The notes below the pieces were generated by a model. That model was not told where the DNA came from, did no database searches, and saw only the letters and a list, made by a program, of their open reading frames with translations. DNA of 64,000 nucleotides. It comes from Takakia lepidozioides. Lineage: Eukaryota > Plantae > Bryophyta. The position numbers were made by a program, and so were the translations under genes. This document shows, piece after piece, positions 1 to 12,059 of this stretch (within the stretch, counting starts at the first letter, position 1; every line of letters begins with the position of its first letter). The stretch is taken from assembly GCA_030704615.1 (NCBI GenBank), contig CM060734.1, positions 14,508,001 through 14,572,000 on the forward strand, given 5' to 3'.

Positions 1-880
1 CGCACACTGTTTGAGCTGAACATGTAAGTGTTTTTTCCGATTGTAATTCGACCTTTAGGGCACGTTTCTGGGGATGAAAGAATCCCTCACTGGTAGCTCA
101 AACTGCACCAACGCACACTGTTTGAGCTGTACATGTCACTGTGTTTTTGGTGTTAAATTCGGACTTCCAGGGCAGGTTTATGATGATCAAATAACCATTC
201 AGTGGCAGCTCAAACAATGTGCGTTGGCGCACACTATTTGAGCTGAACATGTAAGTGTTTTTTCCGATTGAAATTTGACCTTTAGGGCACGTTTCTGGGG
301 ATGAAAGAATCCCTCACTGGCAGCTCAAACAGTGTGCGTCAATGCACACTGTTTGAGCTGTACATGTCACTGTTTTTTTGGTGTTAAATTCGGACTTCCA
401 GGGCAGGTTTTTGAAGATGAAATAACCATTCAGTGGCAGCTCAAAGAGTGTGCATTGGCGCACACTGTTTGAGCTGAACATGTAATTGTTTTTTCCGAGT
501 TAAATTCGGACTTCCAGGGCAGGTTTCTGAGGATGGAAGAATCCCTCACTGGCAACTCAAACAGTGTGCGTCAACGCACACTGTTTGAGCTGGACATGTC
601 ACACTGTTCGAACTCACCTTTTCACTTTTTTCATCCGAAATCGGCCGCATATCTTGGAGTTTACAATGAACACTTACCTGGCACAAGTAGATGTTCAATG
701 ATCATTTACCTGGCAAGTGAAAGAGTGTGCGTCAACGCACACTTTTTGAGCCCACTTTTACATTGTCTTTTTCTGTGGAATTCGGCAACATAGGACATGT
801 CTGTGAGGGTCAATGTACACTTACCTGGCAGCTTAAAATAGTGTGTGTCAACGCACACTCTTTGAGCCCACTTTTTCATG
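1..880. repeat. Tandem array of ~116-bp units (231-bp dimer), each centred on the hairpin CAGCTCAAACAGTGTGCG-TCAA-CGCACACTGTTTGAGCTG
   Basis: GCACACTGTTTGAGC-like motif recurs at ~1, 112, 228, 343, 459, 575, 736 and 852, usually preceded by its reverse complement. It lies directly upstream of the ParB-like exon. Confidence 0.9.
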
Positions 881-935
881 CCTCAGCCGACGTTTCATGC
901 CTCTCTAATATCAAGTTGAATGAACAACCCTGCAG

Positions 936-3365
936 GAGGAGATGCAAAGTGTGGCAGATGAGGTCCCTTCGGGTCAGGAGAAGGAGATAATTGTTGATGT
1001 GGACGATGAGTTCTATGAAAGCAAAGCCGCTGAGATGCCGGGGGGTCAGAAGGTAAACTCTCAGCTTGTGGTGCAAAGTATGCTTGCCCCGGGTAGGAGG
1101 TTGAAGATTCCCCTGTGTAGGTTGGTTTCCATGCCCGTCGTTCGTCCACCCCTCGTCAAGGACATTCTCAAGCTGGAGGCCGAGTTTGTTCATGGGTATT
1201 TGGATGGATCCGCAGTCTTTTACGTTTCTACTAGGGATTCCAAAGGTAATGAGCTCCTCGTGGATGAGTCAATCGTGGACTCCTGGGACCCCATTTGGGG
1301 ACAGCTGAACGAATCCTTCGAACTTCTTCTCTCCAGGAAACCTTCTACCCAGGCATTCTCGGGAAAGATGTTTCACGTTTGGGATGGGAACCACCGCTTG
1401 CTTGCATGGATGGCTGTCATTGGGAGGCTGCACTCACAGGAGGAAGAGTGGCATTACTCTGTTCGATCGATGGTGCTGGATTGTGACGGGAACATGATGG
1501 GTTTTCTGACGGCAATGAATGATGTGAACAGGTTGGTTTCTCATTCTACATGTTCCACTTGTGGTTCCGTTCTTCTTTGATTGAAGACCTTGAATTTCAT
1601 TCTGACTTACAGATATCATTCTGCAGAGGAACGGAGACATCGCATGTCAAAACGAGTTTGGTTCACACACTGTATAAGATACAAAGGATCGGGCAGATGC
1701 CCTTGACCAACTTCAAGACCATCATTTCAGCGGAGATGTACAAGAAGTGCGAAAGCTCCAAGACATCGGAAACGTGGTACTCGTTGACCCGTGAGGCTTT
1801 CATGGAGTACATGTACACGGTGAGATACATCTTCCTTCATCTGGTCTTCCATATTCCACATGATTGTTTCTGTTTGTTTCCCTTGACCTTGTGCTGATGC
1901 AACTCTCTTGCATTCCCTTGCAGCAAGACATTGCAGATGCAGGGGAGCGTGGCAAACTGGAATACTACAGCTCTATCCCTGAGGAGAGAAGGACAGCAAA
2001 GGGGGTTGAGAGTCACATCCAGAAAGAGATGACCGCTACAAGAAGGACTATAATGAGTGCTTTCGTGAAGCAGTTGAGAATTGCCGACCCATCATTCGGA
2101 CCGCAGTTTCTCCTGGAGATAAAAAAACCATTATAACAAGCCAGGCAAGCCAGAAATGGCCCAGGAGAAGTTGCACAGGTTGTCTACCGCCGTAGTGTCT
2201 CCAGAACAAAAGGTGAAGTGGCTGCAGATATGGAACTCCGATCCCACAGTTAGGGATACCCACATGTTCCCAAGGCCGGAGAAAGAGAAGAAGACCCAGC
2301 TTGTCATTCCTGTCAGTGACAATGTGCTGGACACTTGGCTTCACAAGGCCACTTACTGGAGCCAGGTGTGATGTCCTTCCCTGTGTCACTGTCTTTTCTC
2401 TTTTCCTGTCCTTATCTTTCTATTGCCTCTTACATTCGCTGTGATTGCTTTTGGGTTCATTCTTGCATTTGTATTGTTTTGCAGTTGGAAGAAAGGGCCA
2501 GATCGGTTCTGCATACTCAGCTGGCTGACTATGGCATCAGTATGATAGCACCGAAGGTGTCCTTCGAAGCATACATGAGGAAATGGAGAGCCACAGTGTG
2601 GCACTCTTGTCTCTTTAGAGAGTTCAGCAAGGAGGTGGCATCAGTCGAACAAATGAGCTGGACCAGCAAGAAAAAGGAGAGGAAGCCTGGAAACGATGCC
2701 TTTACAGGTGCACACTCTTGCACTACTTATTTGTGCTGTGGTTGCAATGTGTTGTGTGGCATACTGTTGAAGGGGGTCTTCCTGGTGTGATGGAAAAGTT
2801 GCCACACAATATTTCCATTGTAAAATGAGGCTGTCTCTGTTGCTGCAGGTACATAAAGTTTGTTCTCCTGGAAGAGAATTGCCTGGACAAACATCCAGAT
2901 TTTGTGGACCTGTGGCTTGTCCCTGCTGGCAACCAGACCATGTTTACTACTGGGATCTTGCATGACTGGGGCCCAGACCATCTTTCTTCTTGTGGTTGGT
3001 ATTTGGATTGCCCTCCTTCTGAGACCCCAGCTCCAGAGGTGTCTTTGAGGAGAGAGAATGACCATATTGCAGCCACTGCCGCAGCAGCCGACCTCGACAT
3101 TCATGAACAAAATTTGAGGACTCTTGCAGAGAAGGAGCCTCCCGCTCACGATACCCCAGGTAGAGGAAGAAAGGCAAAGGGAAAAGATGTTGCTGGTGTT
3201 GTGGGGAAGGGAAGGGGTAGAGGGAAGGTGGCACAAGGGCAGGGAAGTGTTGCAGATATTGGCCCTGTGGAGCATGTCCAGCAGACTCCACCGCATGGTA
3301 GGGGATCCGGGAGAAAAAACAAGGGGGTGGTTGATCCCAAGGACCCGTACCATGCAGTGGAACAG
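936..3365 (+). pseudogene. Truncated multi-exon ParB/Srx-like accessory gene of a Mutator-like element; paralog of the gene at 15029-21565
   Basis: KIPLCRLV...VRP...FHVWDGNHRLLAW motif. GT-AG exons ~936-1531, 1627-1819, 1924-2365, 2485-2707, 2849-3365 align with the minus-strand paralog. There is a frameshift near the A-run at ~2125, and the gene is cut off at ~3365 before any methyltransferase part. Confidence 0.8.
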
Positions 3366-3610
3366 CCATAGACATCCTTCTTGGTTGGCATCACTATGGC
3401 TGAAGCATATTCTCCACCAGAGAGCTCCACCAAACCAGCCTCCCAAAAATCTTAAGTCCTCATCTGAATCAAAGACCTCTCCATGTCACTGTATCTATAG
3501 GGTCTCCGAAAGATTGGCGTGTCAGTGGCCAACTCAATACGGATCTCTTGACCCTTCAGTGCTCCCAAGTCCTTCAATCTGAAGGCAAAGCAATTCCTGT
3601 AAGCCCTTAG
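3366..3610 (-). pseudogene. N-terminal part of a Ty3/gypsy reverse transcriptase
   Basis: Hand translation gives YRNCFAFRLKDLGALKGQEIRIELATDTPIFRRPYRYS...GLVELSGGEYASAIVMPTKKD with one stop, truncated before the catalytic core. Confidence 0.75.
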
Positions 3611-3964
3611 GAACCGCCGTATACGTCGTCTCTCTCCTCTAGTGACAATGGGTCCAATGTCAGGCTCCCAATTGTCCTCCGTAACTGCAACCTTAAGTCC
3701 AGTGGGCTTAGAGATAGAGGACGCGTCCAGTGGTTGCTATGTTGCAACCTCTTGAGCAATACTCCCTACCTACTAAGTCAATGATAAGGCCTCATCCTGC
3801 CCCATCATCTCATCCTCGAGGACTTCCTCAACCCGAGAAAAATCCCCAACCTCATCCATCACCGCCACCTTGGCTGCCAACTCCCTCTGAACCTCGAGCA
3901 CCTCCCACGTGTGCCATGGATGCCTGCACCCCGTGGTCCTGACATGCTCGCCCCCACTCACTGC

Positions 3965-5113
3965 CTATACCGTCTCGGTAGGCAGAGAAACCAGCGAGGG
4001 AAGTGTACTCCATACTCTGCGTTGCTCAGCCATAGCCAAGCTAATAATCCAGGTCAAGCAATTGAGATCCATTGCTTGCCCCAACACCTGACGACGTGAT
4101 GCCTCAGAAAGAGACGGCACCGCCGTGGTACCAGTGTAAAAACCCATTGCCCACTCACGCTCGTCAGCATTAGGCTCCACTAACTGCTGCAACTGAGCAT
4201 CCCACAGGAGGCCAGGTCCACTATCCCAGAAAGCATGCGATCATGGGAAGCTGAGCAGTGTAGGTAATGCTGCTCGTGGTTGACCGACCTTGTTGACCAC
4301 TGCCAAAGGTGAACGGTCATCGTGTCTCACACGCTGAGACTGCCTCCTTGTGTCCAAAATGTTATCCACTGTGAGGTGTGCTGGTCGCTGCACCCCATCA
4401 AATGCACGCTTGAGCAGTGCGGGTGGCATCAAGTTAGTCCACCATAGCCGGGGACGATGAGCCCGTGACCCCACTGCAGCTGCATCTAGCAACACTGCTG
4501 ACCCAAGCCACGACCGGACTTGATGCACACTGGCCATCACCCTGGCCCGAGAATCGCCCATCAGTGGCACATTCTCCAAGATATATGCTGGAGATATAGC
4601 TTGATGAAGCTGTAAGTGGCGCAAAACCCGTACCATCTCCCAAAACAGACCCGACCTCGAGTCTCGTAATCCATTGTCATGCCTGGCTGATGAATGCCCT
4701 TGGTAGGGCCAACCTGCCACTACCAGATCAATGGAGCCAACCCGCTCCAAATCCTGCGCCCCCAGCAACAAAATGTCTGCTGGCAAGGCCTGCTGATATC
4801 CACGAACTGCAGACACCGGCAACAACTCAGGGTACTGCTGCACCAACTGAGCAACATGGCAAAATGAAACGCGTCGTGCAGTCTCATCCCTCTCCACATA
4901 CATGTAACACCAAACTTGTACACATGCTTGTAACACAGCAGCCAATCCGGTGTTGATCCCGCCAAACAAGTCCAGAAGACAAATTCCTTCATCCGGATAC
5001 TGCCACACGATTGGTGTGGTGTCCAATGGTGACAACTGAGGTGGTCCTGGTGCAATCCCCGCACTGTCCTCCTCTCTTGACGGTACAAAAGCCTCTACCC
5101 AGGCTTGTTGCAC
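3965..5113 (-). pseudogene. C5-cytosine DNA methyltransferase domain (DNMT3-like) inside the retrotransposon polyprotein, inactivated
   Basis: Motif I LLDLFGGI, II YVERD, IV VAGWPYQG (catalytic PCQ changed to PYQ at codon 4703-4705), VI YILENV, VIII AHRPRLWWTN. Past an in-frame TGA at 4241 come IX EREWAMGF and X LGQAMD. Confidence 0.88.
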
Positions 5114-5131
5114 CCGTCGATCAGCAACCCG

Positions 5132-7660
5132 CTACAAATCCTTGCTCGAGCCCCATATTGGAGTCTGAGCAACCATGGCAGGCAACTCCGCCATACCATA
5201 CATGTCAACCTGCTCTCCTCGAGGTGTGTCATCCTCTGAATCAGCGTTGCCCTCAAGCAACTCTCTAGGCCAAGTCACTGCAGCTGTGAATGCTGCTAGT
5301 GTCGGCATCTTTCCCCGCTGGGCAACCGCAACTCCTCCTATGAACATCATAGGGAGCTGCACATGCCCGCCCTCCCCTGACTGCCATCCAAGCCTATAGG
5401 AAGCTGACTCCTCCCAAAAATCCAGGGTGAAGCCCATGGGGTACAATACTGCCCCACCAACCAGGACATCGTATGAGACCGCGTCTGTCACAATGGCCTT
5501 GGCTTGCATCTCTGAGCCATTTGTAGGGTGATCCGGCCGTAGTCTGATAGCCAACTCACGCCGTGTCATGCCCCGAGCCTGCTCCAATCCTCCCAGAGAC
5601 GTCTGTATCTGGAAAGGACAAGGCTCCATATCCGCCTCCGTGAAGCCCAAGCCTGCAATAGCAGCTCTGCCGAGCATCAATGGCTGAGCTCCTGAGTCCA
5701 ACAAGACCCGCAGTGGCCGGTACCTCTTGCCTACCGGTCCACTCAAACAGAAAATGCCATCATGGTTGTCTAACATGACAACTCCAGGTGTCACCATGGC
5801 GCGCTCAATGGCTGGCCTAGCTGGCAGCTCCATCAACCAAACAGCTGCAGCTTGCCATGGCGCCGTCGTGGCAGTCTTGACCCTCAAATCCGAGGATCCC
5901 TCCGACACTACATCTCTCACTATCTCCGCAGAAGATGAAGTAACCTCCCCACTCTCACAGAGTGTAGCTGCCAGCTTGAACACCTCAGCTGGTCTTACCC
6001 CCGACGTCGCAATCATGGTAGCTGAGAACAATGGAGCCTGGCACACAGATGTGGCCGCTCCCAGCAGCACACTAGCTGCCGTAGCCTTGGCAACACTAGG
6101 TAATGGTGCTCGTGTAGCTCTTCCCAATGGCATAGTAACCTCCGCCTCGGTAACAGTCGGGCGAGAACTAGGTGCCATGGATGGCGTCGACACTGTCTCC
6201 ACCAATGTGAATGACTGAGGAAGCCTAGCCTGACGGCTTGCCTCCCCACGCTGTGGATCCAACTCCACCTCTGCACCTCGTGGCTCAGGAACTCGTGCTG
6301 CTCCTCGAGTCACGGCTACAGCAAAATCCACCTGCACTAGTGGTAGTGCTGCTCCGCACATGAATCCCATGCCTCCCATATCTCCTCCCTCAGGAGCAGG
6401 AGGTGGACCATCCGGCCTTGGAGCCGGTACCACCTGAGCTGTAGCCATGGCAGCAAGCCTCTGCTCTAGCTGATGAAGCTGGTTGGCCATGCCTTGGTCA
6501 ACACCCTGACCTCCACGTCCTTGGCCATGTTGAGCTTGCCCTTGGCCTACACCTCGTGCCTGGCCACCTCGTCCTCTCTGGGCTGCCCCACCTCGCCCCC
6601 GGCCACCATTGTTCCCTTGGAACTTGCCTGGGCGCAACTCAGGATGCAAACCATAACACTGGGCCTCTCCATGCCCGTGCTTGCCACAATGCCCACACTG
6701 CAACTGTGCAGGCTGTGCATGTGCCGGCCCTTTGCCTCCCTCTGGGCAATCCTTCTTGACATGGGGTCCTCCACATGTCCAACACACCACCTCCGCCCGT
6801 TGTTGGCCTACAAATGAAGGGAGAGACCCCTGCATCTGAGGTCCTCTCTGTCCTTCCCTGAGCTTCACCTGAGCCCCCTTGTTGCCTTGAGCACGTTGAG
6901 GTAGTGGTTGGCTAGGAGCACCACTATCCCGTAGTATCTCCTTAGCAAATCCTACCATAACCACTCGTTCCTCCACCATGTTGAGCTTTATCTGCTCTGC
7001 CAGCAAAAACACATTTGCTAAGGTGGGTTGGGCTGCTTGTAGGAGAGTTGCATCCCGCACCATTCTCCTCAGCTCCTTGTCCAATATCCCATACCAGAAT
7101 TGGACTGCCTGAGCTTCCGTAACCCCTTGGGTTACATTTATCAAGCGCCTCATGCGAGTGAAAGCCTCTCTCAAGCTCTCAGTAGGCTTCCGTTGGAACT
7201 CTTGCAAGCTCCGCAACTTCTCTGTCCTCACCCCTTGGTAGTTCCCTCTCAACTCTTCGAAGAACTCCACAATAGGGTTGAAAGCAGGCACGGGTATTGG
7301 TGCTGGTGCGGTAGTGGCTTGGGTGGATGTCGTAGCTACGGTACCACCAGTCCCACTAGTCCCACTGCTGCTTGCTGAAGCTGCCGGTGCAGCGGCAGGT
7401 GTAGCCACTGCCCTCGTGGCTCTAGTGCCCCTAGTGATAGAGACATAGTCGGGTGACCAGTACATCCTCCATTCCTCAATCTCAACCTCATGCCCCCGCC
7501 TGAACTCATGGTAATCATCCATAGGTGGCCCCTCAAGGTGCTGAAACAGCCCCTTCCATGCCATGAAAGGCGTAAATAGTTGTGGATTGCGCATTTGCTG
7601 CAAATCACACCAACTATCAAACTCTTGGATAAAATCATCCAACTCGATGGTGCCCACCAC
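5132..7660 (-). CDS. Gag plus aspartic protease portion of the retrotransposon polyprotein
   Basis: 842-aa ORF with retrotrans-gag-like FQRKPTESLREAFTRMRRL, knuckles CWTCGGPHVKKDC and CGHCGKHGHGEAQC, and protease motifs VLLDSGAQP and YDVLVG. It ends at a TAG in frame with the next ORF. Confidence 0.85.
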   Translation of the reverse strand: MVGTIELDDFIQEFDSWCDLQQMRNPQLFTPFMAWKGLFQHLEGPPMDDYHEFRRGHEVEIEEWRMYWSPDYVSITRGTRATRAVATPAAAPAASASSSGTSGTGGTVATTSTQATTAPAPIPVPAFNPIVEFFEELRGNYQGVRTEKLRSLQEFQRKPTESLREAFTRMRRLINVTQGVTEAQAVQFWYGILDKELRRMVRDATLLQAAQPTLANVFLLAEQIKLNMVEERVVMVGFAKEILRDSGAPSQPLPQRAQGNKGAQVKLREGQRGPQMQGSLPSFVGQQRAEVVCWTCGGPHVKKDCPEGGKGPAHAQPAQLQCGHCGKHGHGEAQCYGLHPELRPGKFQGNNGGRGRGGAAQRGRGGQARGVGQGQAQHGQGRGGQGVDQGMANQLHQLEQRLAAMATAQVVPAPRPDGPPPAPEGGDMGGMGFMCGAALPLVQVDFAVAVTRGAARVPEPRGAEVELDPQRGEASRQARLPQSFTLVETVSTPSMAPSSRPTVTEAEVTMPLGRATRAPLPSVAKATAASVLLGAATSVCQAPLFSATMIATSGVRPAEVFKLAATLCESGEVTSSSAEIVRDVVSEGSSDLRVKTATTAPWQAAAVWLMELPARPAIERAMVTPGVVMLDNHDGIFCLSGPVGKRYRPLRVLLDSGAQPLMLGRAAIAGLGFTEADMEPCPFQIQTSLGGLEQARGMTRRELAIRLRPDHPTNGSEMQAKAIVTDAVSYDVLVGGAVLYPMGFTLDFWEESASYRLGWQSGEGGHVQLPMMFIGGVAVAQRGKMPTLAAFTAAVTWPRELLEGNADSEDDTPRGEQVDMYGMAELPAMVAQTPIWGSSKDL

Positions 7661-7891
7661 CCCAGAGTACCTTCATGGCCTGGTTAGCTCCATATCTCCT
7701 CCATTGTGTCCCACAACAATGGCAAGGAAACAACTTGCCACCGCCGGTGTGAGTCCTCCTGATTTACACTCCGAATCAGAACCTTCCGTAGAAGACACAG
7801 GAGGTGTAGGAGGCCTAAACCGCACACCTCGTCTTGTGTACCCACTAGTATCGCTAGTGCTTGAACCGGCACTGTCCCCAACAACTAGTGG

Positions 7892-8391
7892 NNNNNNNNN
7901 NNNNNNNNNNNNNNNNNNNNNNNNNNNNNNNNNNNNNNNNNNNNNNNNNNNNNNNNNNNNNNNNNNNNNNNNNNNNNNNNNNNNNNNNNNNNNNNNNNNN
8001 NNNNNNNNNNNNNNNNNNNNNNNNNNNNNNNNNNNNNNNNNNNNNNNNNNNNNNNNNNNNNNNNNNNNNNNNNNNNNNNNNNNNNNNNNNNNNNNNNNNN
8101 NNNNNNNNNNNNNNNNNNNNNNNNNNNNNNNNNNNNNNNNNNNNNNNNNNNNNNNNNNNNNNNNNNNNNNNNNNNNNNNNNNNNNNNNNNNNNNNNNNNN
8201 NNNNNNNNNNNNNNNNNNNNNNNNNNNNNNNNNNNNNNNNNNNNNNNNNNNNNNNNNNNNNNNNNNNNNNNNNNNNNNNNNNNNNNNNNNNNNNNNNNNN
8301 NNNNNNNNNNNNNNNNNNNNNNNNNNNNNNNNNNNNNNNNNNNNNNNNNNNNNNNNNNNNNNNNNNNNNNNNNNNNNNNNNNNNNNNNNNN
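7892..8391. other. Assembly gap (500 N)
   Basis: Run of N; order and orientation across it are not verifiable. Confidence 1.
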
Positions 8392-8640
8392 CGGACGGAA
8401 ATTGCGGTGCCGCATTTCTGTTCCCGTTGTTCATAATTCTCAAGTCAGAACGGAAATGTCGGTACCGCATTTCCGTTCCATCCACCTTCACATACCGTTC
8501 TTTCTGGATGAAATGCGTTACCGCATTTCTGTTCTGGAGAGTATAAAGGTTTTCCCCCCGACGGAAACTTGGTGCCGCATTTCCGTCGCTTTGGTGCATG
8601 ACCAAGATGGCAATACAGAAAATGCGGCGCCGTATTTCAC
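8392..8640. repeat. Cluster of imperfect palindromes GAAATGCGGTGCCGCATTTC upstream of a Mutator-like transposase
   Basis: Five variants at ~8398, 8453, 8510, 8564 and 8618; the array probably continues into the gap. Confidence 0.7.
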
Positions 8641-9070
8641 GTCCACCACAATCGAAAGAAATCACTCGTAACTGGAAATGCTGGAACCTGAATGGGTTGC
8701 ATTGTTCCGAAACAACACAATTGCGGCCAGTCTTGATGAGCACAACTTGGTTGTCTGACCGTTTTTAACTAACAGTACTGGCACTTGTCAGTGCGAACGT
8801 TCCTGTCTGCACCGAGAATACTGTGGATCCACCTCAGAGAAACTGTCAGGGAGAGTTCTTTCGTCGCCGAATCGGCCATCATTGTCATAACTTACTAGCT
8901 ATGGAATCAAACCTCCTAACTTCATGCATGTAGCTTGAAACAATACTTTCCACTTCAATGTGCGACTTCCAATCGTCGATGGACTCCGCAAATTCACTTA
9001 GATGGTGCCTGTGAGCCCTGGTCTGTTGCTATACTGAACCTCGCAACTTGCACAACTCCGTGCGTGTTCG

Positions 9071-10865
9071 ATGGCTCCGAATTCCTACGCTATAGTTTGC
9101 TGTCCTCCGCAACTTGGGAGAGCCTGGATCCCAAACGATGGAGGACTTTGCAGAGTGACTGAAACTACCTTTGTTCCAAATCAAGCTCAAACCGGGCACA
9201 GTTTATTTGAAGAAGAAAGGAAGGATTGTCCTGGACAGGTTGACGAGACCATTGTCGTGCTAGGTAACGACGGAGGTTGGCGGAATCGAATGGCACGTTC
9301 CCCCGTCAGACACCATCCTGTACCGAGCTGTGGGAATGCCCCATTCCCTTTCCGAATCAGTCGCTGGCCCCCCCACACATCCACAACGGAGTCCGGAAAC
9401 CGAGAGGCGGCCACTGCCAACAAGAGGGTATGCAACGATAATCATTCCCGACCTGGACCGTCAAGACCCTCCATAGCTTCTCGTGTGGACGTATTCGACA
9501 TTTCCGACGAGGAAGATGATTGCATTGAGGTACCCATGTCCTCCACACGGTCGTTCCAAATCCGGCATGGACGTCTCTGTCGGTGCTACGAATGTGCCTC
9601 GAGCATAACTCCAACCCGTCCATTGTGCAGCTCCTACGACAACATCACCTCGATGGTTCTCGCTCCGAGCTGGCTGCTCTCGACTATGCCAAATTCCCAG
9701 TCAGAAAGGTAACTTTTCTGCCTCCCGAAGTCGATGGCAATGTCATCTTCGAGTTTCCACCTGTTTCTTCGTCAAAGAAAGCCTCCGGGATGTTAACAGA
9801 CATGGATCGAAAGCATGACGGACACCCATGGTGTGGTGACGAAGACCAGTAGCACAAAAATTGCTGATGGTGTTCGTGTACGATATGTCCTCGTGTGCGG
9901 GGAGCTGAGGTGCCTCAATCCCACCTGCTTCCACTTTCTCTCCAAAGGAGGGCGGAGAAACGAGACGGATTGGACTGGCACAACGCATCATCCATTCATT
10001 GTCTCCAGCCAAGCTCCTGCGGGTTCTTTCAAGTGTGCACATTGCAAAGAACCACCGACGTGCATGTCCATGTGCAGAGCAAGCAATATTACGTAATCCA
10101 TTTGCTCCCGGACTTGACTAGAGCTTGCATACACGTTGGGTCCACTGCCACCCCTTGGCGAGAGGCAACATGCGTGAGGCTGTCCAGGAAGCACACGACA
10201 TCATAAAAGAGGAGGTGAAATTGAGCCCGGAGCCAGACCAAAGCAGATTCAGCTGAAGGCAGCCCACAGATTGCTCTTGGCAAAATCATGTCTGAAGATG
10301 GTTCCAACCGAGAGCCCTTGACCGAAGACGAGATGCGTGACCTCTTGGAGTCGTCTCGCCACGTTTGTAGTCCGAATGTGCGGAATCACATCGTATCTGC
10401 AAGCAGGAGTTTGGCAGGGGGGGTCGGACATGTACTCAATCTGAGAGTGAAAAATGACTGGATATGACTACATCCAAGGTAGCAGGTTTCCAGGGCAAGG
10501 CAGCGAATCCGATCGTTGTTACATTTTCAAAATGTCGACGTGTGGGCCTGGGAGTGGAGTCGACTTGGTCACTCGCATGACAACTGGAAACTTGTCGAAT
10601 GCTTGGGTGATGTTTGATCACATCAAGCGAATTACAAACCATCAGTGGGTGACTATGGGTGCGCAGTTTATGACTATCACTCCAAGAGGCCTCATGACGA
10701 TTGCAATCTGCGAGATGAAAGGGGAGGACACACAGTCCGAAATGCATCTGTGGGAGGGCATAAACCAGCAGATGGCAAGGGCGGGATTGCCAGAGCCCAA
10801 TTTCAGGGGATTCATGGCAGACAACGCTCAGGCCAACTGGGCAGCGGTGCGGCGTGTGTACGGGT
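9071..10865 (+). pseudogene. Frameshifted 5' part of a Mutator-like transposase, homolog of 24982-28574
   Basis: DMDRKHDGHPWC, FKCAHCKEPP, WVMFDHIKRITNHQWVTMGA and NFRGFMADNAQANWAA are shared with the intact copy. Many frameshifts; truncated after RRVYG. Confidence 0.9.
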
Positions 10866-12059
10866 CAGCATCTCCGCTGGTGAGGTAAGAGTGGTTGGTT
10901 GAGGTGCATGTTGCTCAAGTGTTCGTAACAATGGTGGTGAATTTGTTATACCTCCGGATGGTATCTTGTTGATGGGTTTGGACGGGCTTTGCGCTGAACT
11001 GGTGAGTAGCTTAGGGTCGTGCTTGGGTTTGTATTTTCTATGAGCCATGAGCACATTTAAGCATGAGCAGGTGCACATGATTTTTTTTTCATTCTATTTT
11101 TTAGCCATATATCTTATGACGGCATATGCAACGTGTGTACCAAATTTCAGAGCGAACAAAAGTCGTTAGGACCCAAAACCACAGTTTCTTCCCTAATTTG
11201 CACGCCAAACTTGATTTGTCTTCTACTTCCTGCACTCTTCATAGAGAGTTCTCCAATAGTGAGCGAAGAGAACACTTTTTTAAAAAATCATTTTTGTTTG
11301 GTCCAAAGTTTTGCAGGGATATAGCGGTGGGAGGGTTGAAGCCAGAGAAGAAGATTGAGCCAAAAATATTGCCACAGCGGAAGATCTGGTTGGCCATGGA
11401 GAGAAAGTCTTCTAAACAAGTCGGGGGGCTACCACGGGAATAGGTCTTCCTTGTATAACCGCGGACAATGGCGACCATTTCATGAGGACGGACTGTCCAT
11501 TTCCGAGAAGTCGGCACAGACTTCGGCTGCCCATGTTATGCCTGTAATCTATTATGTAAGTTTAATATGTTTGTATTTGGTGTTACGAGTTTTTTAATTT
11601 TTCACAAGTTGCAATTGAGAAATTGGCACAGATTTGCCGGATGCCGTATTGTTATATTCTATAAGTCTGCACAGACTCACCGATTCCCATCCCACCATGA
11701 AATGCGTTCGGCATGACTACATGGCTTCAAACACACCACCTCGATGAACGTCATACAATAGGAAAGTACCCAAAAATGTGATGGTCTTCCAATGTGTGGA
11801 CAAGGAGCAAAGACAAAATAGAAGAACGGTCGGAAAGTCAGAGACCGCTCATCGGGAAGTCGGCACAGACTTGCAAAATAGTACAAGACACTTTCTGACA
11901 AGTGGCCAATAGACGTATGGAATGTAATTTAGTGTTTTTTAAAACATGAATAGTGGAACAAAAAGCGGTGCGTGCAGAGCATAAGGCGACATCGTACGCA
12001 AATGCTCCTCATATTCCCTCGCAAAAAGACGCCTCTGACCATGTTATTCCACCCACATG

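Larger units (their letters stand above)
3366..7891 (-). mobile_element. Ty3/gypsy retrotransposon fragment with order Gag-protease-C5 DNA methyltransferase-RT (RT truncated)
   Basis: Collinear gag zinc knuckles, VLLDSGA protease, C5-MTase motifs and RT N-terminus on the minus strand. The 5' end is lost in the N gap and the 3' end is deleted at ~3366. Confidence 0.85.

Noticed and set aside
7563-8743. Long ORFs containing X runs
   Set aside because: Artefacts of reading through the 500-N gap.
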